Source: Ignicoccus pacificus DSM 13166
GTDB taxonomy: Archaea > Thermoproteota > Thermoprotei_A > Sulfolobales > Ignicoccaceae
Assembly: GCA_025340205.1 (NCBI GenBank)
Contig: CP006868.1
Coordinates: 540,001 to 572,000, forward strand
DNA length: 32,000 bases
Direction: 5' to 3'
Part shown: piece after piece, positions 27,701 through 32,000 of the stretch
Layout of the letters: each line of letters opens with the position of its first letter
Numbering within the stretch: position 1 is the stretch's first letter
The notes under the pieces: model-generated
The model's input: only the letters and a program-made list of their open reading frames with translations
Told to the model about the DNA's origin: nothing
Database searches by the model: none
Translations under genes and position numbers: made by a program

Positions 27701-30700
27701 ATGAGAACGTGGCTCTTCAAGAAACTCCGAAAAGAAGATAGGAAGGCAAGAATGATTTACCACGCTCTTGTCCAAGACCTAGTGTTAAACGACGTTGCTA
27801 CAATGCGAACGGGATATCCCCTTCACACTTTCCTAGTTACGGGCTTTGTCGAGAACGATGGTCAAAAGGTACCCAAGGCGGCATATTTCGTCTCTCCCTT
27901 ACCAGTCGTAATTCCAAGAACGGATATTAGATTAACCATGCCTCTTGAGTACGTGCTATATTCTTTCCTCTACACCGCTTACAGGTTAGAGGTCGGTCTT
28001 CCTGTATGTTTAAATGATTCCGCAGCACTCGTCAACGTTCCCCAAGAGTTCTTTAAAAATAGATATACGATAAAGAAGACGATAACTGAATGGGCCTTTG
28101 AAGATCCAAATAAGAACTTCGAAGAGGCTCTTATTTCCTTACTCTTAGACTTGGTTGACTCACTTTTACTGAGACCAACGACTCCCGACGTCTCATGGAG
28201 TGTGGATCCTTTACTTAGTAACGTACTAGAATATATTTCTGATCGCTTAGGAAAAATTATAAATATCGAGAAAGTAAAGAGAATGTTAAAGAGAGAGGGG
28301 TTGTCCGGATTACACTTCAAGAGCTTCCATGGTCTGTTAGTAAAACAACAAGCTGGTGCCTCCGCGTTACCAGACTACTCTAACGCGTTCAACGTGCTTC
28401 TCACTCCATCCGTAATTGAACTCCCCTCTGCAAAGGAGCTGTTCGAGTACGATTACAAGGAGGGTTTCTCCTACGACTTCTCTCAATTAAGGAACAAGCT
28501 TGAGGCGAGTATGACGAGCTTCCTAGGAGGAAGTGAGGAAGTCAAGAAGATCGTTGGGGCATTGTTCGAGACGCTTAAGGAACTGGGCTATACGCGAGCT
28601 TCTGCCTTTCAATACAGCTCGCTCTTGAAATTATTAGGGTCGGATAGTTCAAAGGAGAAATTAATCACCGTAGTATCTCCTACGGGAAGTGGGAAGACCC
28701 TTGTATTCTCACTATATTCAATGCTTAAGGTCCTTAAATACAAACTCGAAGGCAAATATAAAAAAGTGATCTTTGTCTATCCTAGAAAAACCTTGGAGGT
28801 TGATCAATTACAAAAGATCGTAGAGTTAATATTAACATTTAATCTCAAACTCCAAGAGAAAAAGATTAACAAAATAATCAAGATCGGTATAAGAGATGGT
28901 GATAGCCCTCAAAGACTTAGAAAGAAGGAAGAAATTAGAGGAATTAAAATAAAATTTAATAATAAAGAATATACTCTTTATCAAGGTATCCACGAAGATA
29001 AAGAAGCGAACTTCTTGGATAATAGGGTTCTTGAATATCTATATGTATGGGATGCTAAGGAAAACTCAAAAGAGAGAGATCCCTTTGAAGATGAAGAAAC
29101 TGATATAGTAATAACTAACCACTCTATGTTATATAAAAAAGCTATGGAGAAGAAAGGAGCTTTAAAGAACGTTGGCTTGATAGTGATCGATGAGGCCCAC
29201 GTCGTCTACAAGAGAGATTATTTAAGTACCATAAATGGGGCGCTAGCTCGCATCTACCAAGCAATAGCCGGATCTATATTAGAGAGAGAAACACTCGATG
29301 AGCTGAGCATTTCAGATGAGTTAGTGAACAAGTTCTTAGACAAGATAACTAATGAGCTTGAGGTCATGCTCTCAAGCGCCACCGCCGGCAGTAACGTACT
29401 TCTAAAGAACTCTTTCTTTACACAGAACATACAAGCGATAGTCGATCTAGGGCCTGTACCATTGAGTTCCTTGGAGGATTTCGCCTCTACTATCCTAGGC
29501 AAGAGAGTGGTTGAGGGGTACAGAAGGAGAAACGCCTTCATGACCCTAACCCCGCAGCCACCATCAAAAACTCTCAAGTCTCCATACAAACTCAAAGTTA
29601 TCTCAGCAGTCTCCACCTTCCATACTAAAAAATACCTCAATACCTTTGGTGAGATTTTAATAGATTTTACTCATGCGACCCTTGCATTGGAGAGATCCCA
29701 TCAGCTTGTATACGGAAAAAAGAAAAAGTACGTTTCACTAGCGTTTATTAACTCTAAAAAAGACATAAAAGATATCATGAAAATGTACGTGGAAAGATAT
29801 CTGGCTGAGGAAAGGGATCTAGCCGATAGGGCTCTCTTAACCGTAGATAAGGAAAGCTGGGTCGAATGGTCCCGATATCCAGAAACCTTCGCGAATACTT
29901 TAGAGGACAAACAAAGAGAGGGCAAATATGCATTCATTCTAAACTCTCAAGATTATCCCTTTTCCATCTCCTTGATCGACTCTAAAATTCGGAGGAGTGC
30001 GATAAAGCGCATAGGCATAGTCTTACAAGAAGCTGCTGAGAAGAGTGGTAACGCCTTTGAGTGGATAAATACAGACCCGCTACGCGACTTTCAAACCTTA
30101 AGCTTGTACTTGAACGTTTATGACATAAAAGCTCTTAGAAGCGGGTTCGAGAATCCTTACTTACTTATTACATCGTCGACGAACAATTACATAGCACAAA
30201 ACGTCTTGAATGCTGAACTTTGGGCCTATGATGTTACTCGAACCCATGATCTCAATTATAACGAAGATAGAAACAAATTAGAAGAAGCTCTTAAAAGAGG
30301 AAGAGCCTCGATATTATATCATCATGCTGACTTGAAGAAAGACATAAGAAGTTACTTAGAATCCGAAATCAAGAAGAAACCACCTCTAGTCCTTCTCGCA
30401 ACCTCTACGCTGGAAGTAGGAGTAGATTTACCGAACATACCCTTTGTAGTACAAGGAGGCATTGATTACGTCGAGACCGCTGACTTCTTGCAAAGAGTAG
30501 GAAGAAGCGGTCGTGCCGGAGAAACTTTCTTCATTTCCTTAGCAACTATCGTACTTAAAAACAGAGGCGTTGACAGTACGATCAGAAATGATGAAGAGTT
30601 AATAGAATATGCCGTAAACTTGAGACTGGGGCTGACCGCTTCCCCGCTAAGCGATCCTATAATAACTACCAAGCAAACGATTAGCCTAATCTACAATTTC

Positions 30701-31492
30701 AATAAGAATAAATATCCAGATATAATGGACATCATAAGGGATCGTGATGTCATAGGCTTTGTTAAAAGCGCCGCTATTGCTTACTCGGAATATCCGAAGG
30801 AATTTATACCCAATGTAACTAGAAACTTAAGAGTGTGGTTAATATACTATGCTACAGTGAAAGATGCTCTAGAAGGAGCTACACATACAAATAAGATTTC
30901 CGAGATAGGGTGTGATGAAGTAAATGAAAAAGAGATAATCAGCTTGCTATTAGCTAAGCTTTACTCGCCCCATATAACCATGGAACTTAAATCGCTCCTT
31001 CGCGAGCTCCTAAACACGCTCGAAATACCCACCAATCATAAGGAAGGTACAAAGTTCCTACTCATGATCAGTTCCTTCTTGGACCTAATTGATAAAAACG
31101 ATAAACTAACTGAACAAGAGCTAGAATTACTCGCTAAGGTGTTACGTTATCTCGCCCCAAGAGCATTACCTATCTTACCCACTTACCTACTAGACTATAT
31201 AATGAATAAGACCCTAAAAATTATAATAAGTAACGTAGATAAGGATAATAGAGAACTAATTAACTTAATGATCTGTATCTTGTATTGTGTTATAAAGAAC
31301 ATAAAGAGGGTGAGTGTTAAAGTAAGCAAAAGCTTTGAAGTGGATAGTTTGATAGATAGAGTGTTAAGAGATAACTTCTTTGGGTTATTCGAAGAATATG
31401 GGGCCCCAACGAATTCCAACAGCTGTGACGGACAGAGCTGCGATCCCAACTCTTTCCTCATGGCAAGTAGACCTCTGAGATATGAGAGGTGA
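27701..31492 (+). CDS. large SF2 DEAD/DEAH helicase (1263 aa) with long N- and C-terminal extensions
   Basis: Motif I SPTGSGKT, Ia VYPRKTL, II VIDEAHV, III SATAG, IV-VI region TSTLEVGVDLPNIPFVVQGG...FLQRVGRSGRAG; SD-like AGGGGGG before ATG. Confidence 0.92.
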   Translation: MRTWLFKKLRKEDRKARMIYHALVQDLVLNDVATMRTGYPLHTFLVTGFVENDGQKVPKAAYFVSPLPVVIPRTDIRLTMPLEYVLYSFLYTAYRLEVGLPVCLNDSAALVNVPQEFFKNRYTIKKTITEWAFEDPNKNFEEALISLLLDLVDSLLLRPTTPDVSWSVDPLLSNVLEYISDRLGKIINIEKVKRMLKREGLSGLHFKSFHGLLVKQQAGASALPDYSNAFNVLLTPSVIELPSAKELFEYDYKEGFSYDFSQLRNKLEASMTSFLGGSEEVKKIVGALFETLKELGYTRASAFQYSSLLKLLGSDSSKEKLITVVSPTGSGKTLVFSLYSMLKVLKYKLEGKYKKVIFVYPRKTLEVDQLQKIVELILTFNLKLQEKKINKIIKIGIRDGDSPQRLRKKEEIRGIKIKFNNKEYTLYQGIHEDKEANFLDNRVLEYLYVWDAKENSKERDPFEDEETDIVITNHSMLYKKAMEKKGALKNVGLIVIDEAHVVYKRDYLSTINGALARIYQAIAGSILERETLDELSISDELVNKFLDKITNELEVMLSSATAGSNVLLKNSFFTQNIQAIVDLGPVPLSSLEDFASTILGKRVVEGYRRRNAFMTLTPQPPSKTLKSPYKLKVISAVSTFHTKKYLNTFGEILIDFTHATLALERSHQLVYGKKKKYVSLAFINSKKDIKDIMKMYVERYLAEERDLADRALLTVDKESWVEWSRYPETFANTLEDKQREGKYAFILNSQDYPFSISLIDSKIRRSAIKRIGIVLQEAAEKSGNAFEWINTDPLRDFQTLSLYLNVYDIKALRSGFENPYLLITSSTNNYIAQNVLNAELWAYDVTRTHDLNYNEDRNKLEEALKRGRASILYHHADLKKDIRSYLESEIKKKPPLVLLATSTLEVGVDLPNIPFVVQGGIDYVETADFLQRVGRSGRAGETFFISLATIVLKNRGVDSTIRNDEELIEYAVNLRLGLTASPLSDPIITTKQTISLIYNFNKNKYPDIMDIIRDRDVIGFVKSAAIAYSEYPKEFIPNVTRNLRVWLIYYATVKDALEGATHTNKISEIGCDEVNEKEIISLLLAKLYSPHITMELKSLLRELLNTLEIPTNHKEGTKFLLMISSFLDLIDKNDKLTEQELELLAKVLRYLAPRALPILPTYLLDYIMNKTLKIIISNVDKDNRELINLMICILYCVIKNIKRVSVKVSKSFEVDSLIDRVLRDNFFGLFEEYGAPTNSNSCDGQSCDPNSFLMASRPLRYER

Positions 31493-32000
31493 ATGGAGAT
31501 GGTAAAGTTTCCCATGTTTTACTTAGTAAGAAATGGTTCTATAAAAGCCTTGACGTACTGTTCGAAGATTTGTGTACACAAAGGTACAATATCCATATTA
31601 TTATATGGAAATCCACTAAGGTATAACGCCAAAAATTGCATATTCGAAGCCATTGAGTACTCATTGCCAGAGGTAAACCACGCGGTTGAAAGCGACAACG
31701 ACTTAGCATCGCTTTGCAAGAACACTACGTGTATGAGCTACACTAATGATGAGAACTGCAAAAAAGCGTTAACTACCATATACTTACTGGATGAGGACTT
31801 CTATCAAGATCATAATAATAGTAATGTAATCGTAGTGTCCAAGTTGTGTGATACATCGAACAAGTTAGCATACGTTTACGCTCAAGCACAAGATGAATTT
31901 GATAAGAGACGTTACTCTCTTACGCTCCTCCTCCACGGATCCCCTTTTGAGAAACCCCAGAAGATCTCGAAGATCTTACTTAAGGGCAGTGTACCCCAAT
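31493..32000 (+). CDS. unknown Cys-containing protein, partial (runs off the window)
   Basis: Not in the supplied ORF track. Direct translation from ATG 31493 is open to the end: MEMVKFPMFYLVRNGSIKALTYCSKICVHKGTISILLYGNPLRYNAKNCIFEAIEYSLPEVNH... It abuts the helicase stop and has SD-like GAGAGGTGA. Confidence 0.75.
   Translation, partial: MEMVKFPMFYLVRNGSIKALTYCSKICVHKGTISILLYGNPLRYNAKNCIFEAIEYSLPEVNHAVESDNDLASLCKNTTCMSYTNDENCKKALTTIYLLDEDFYQDHNNSNVIVVSKLCDTSNKLAYVYAQAQDEFDKRRYSLTLLLHGSPFEKPQKISKILLKGSVPQ

Noticed and set aside
27979-30672. Minus-strand ORFs within the helicase (27979-28320, 29254-29640, 29701-29937, 30466-30672)
   Set aside because: Antisense to a well-supported helicase coding sequence; Ser/Phe-rich composition typical of shadows.
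27701-31492. Interpretation of the helicase as Cas3 of a CRISPR-Cas system
   Set aside because: No HD-nuclease motif seen, no repeat-spacer array and no cas genes apart from a Cas4-like fold; motif VI region is more DrmA/Lhr/MrfA-like.
31195-31515. Minus-strand ORF at the helicase/unknown gene junction (106 aa)
   Set aside because: Leu/Ser/Thr-rich shadow of AT-rich coding sequence, antisense to two overlapping plausible genes.
1-32000. CRISPR array, rRNA genes, tRNA genes, transposase/IS elements
   Set aside because: Scanned by eye; no regularly spaced repeats, no T-loop/acceptor pattern and no transposase motifs recognised. A tRNAscan or repeat search would be needed for certainty, especially for intron-containing tRNAs.

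Overview
The window reads as compact archaeal chromosome, probably from a hyperthermophilic crenarchaeon. That assignment is inference from the TFB, PriL, Nep1/Emg1, ArfA (GTP cyclohydrolase III), S27e and TtuA/Ncs6-type proteins and from the TATA/BRE-like promoters. About the first 23.8 kb is ordinary housekeeping content. It includes an ABC ATPase, an aminotransferase, an MqnD-like enzyme with an apparent homopolymer frameshift, a tRNA thiolation protein, DUF211, a hydrogenase maturation protease, Nep1, a GlcD-like oxidase, spermidine synthase, an M20 peptidase, GTP cyclohydrolase III, the primase large subunit, an S9 peptidase, a ureohydrolase, TFB and a HemN-like radical SAM protein, plus several surface or secreted proteins of unknown function. 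From about 23.8 kb the sequence becomes accessory in character and mostly AT-richer. Two unrecognised ORFs (23843-24472, 24489-25433) precede rps27e. Directly after rps27e comes a tightly packed four-gene operon: a DUF1156-like DNA methyltransferase whose N-terminus looks split by a frame disruption, a Cas4-like PD-(D/E)XK nuclease, a 1263-aa SF2 helicase with large extensions, and an unknown Cys-containing protein that runs off the window. This operon is the best candidate here for a novel or poorly described defence or DNA-modification system, loosely DISARM/BREX-like in parts list. I saw no tRNA, rRNA or CRISPR array.
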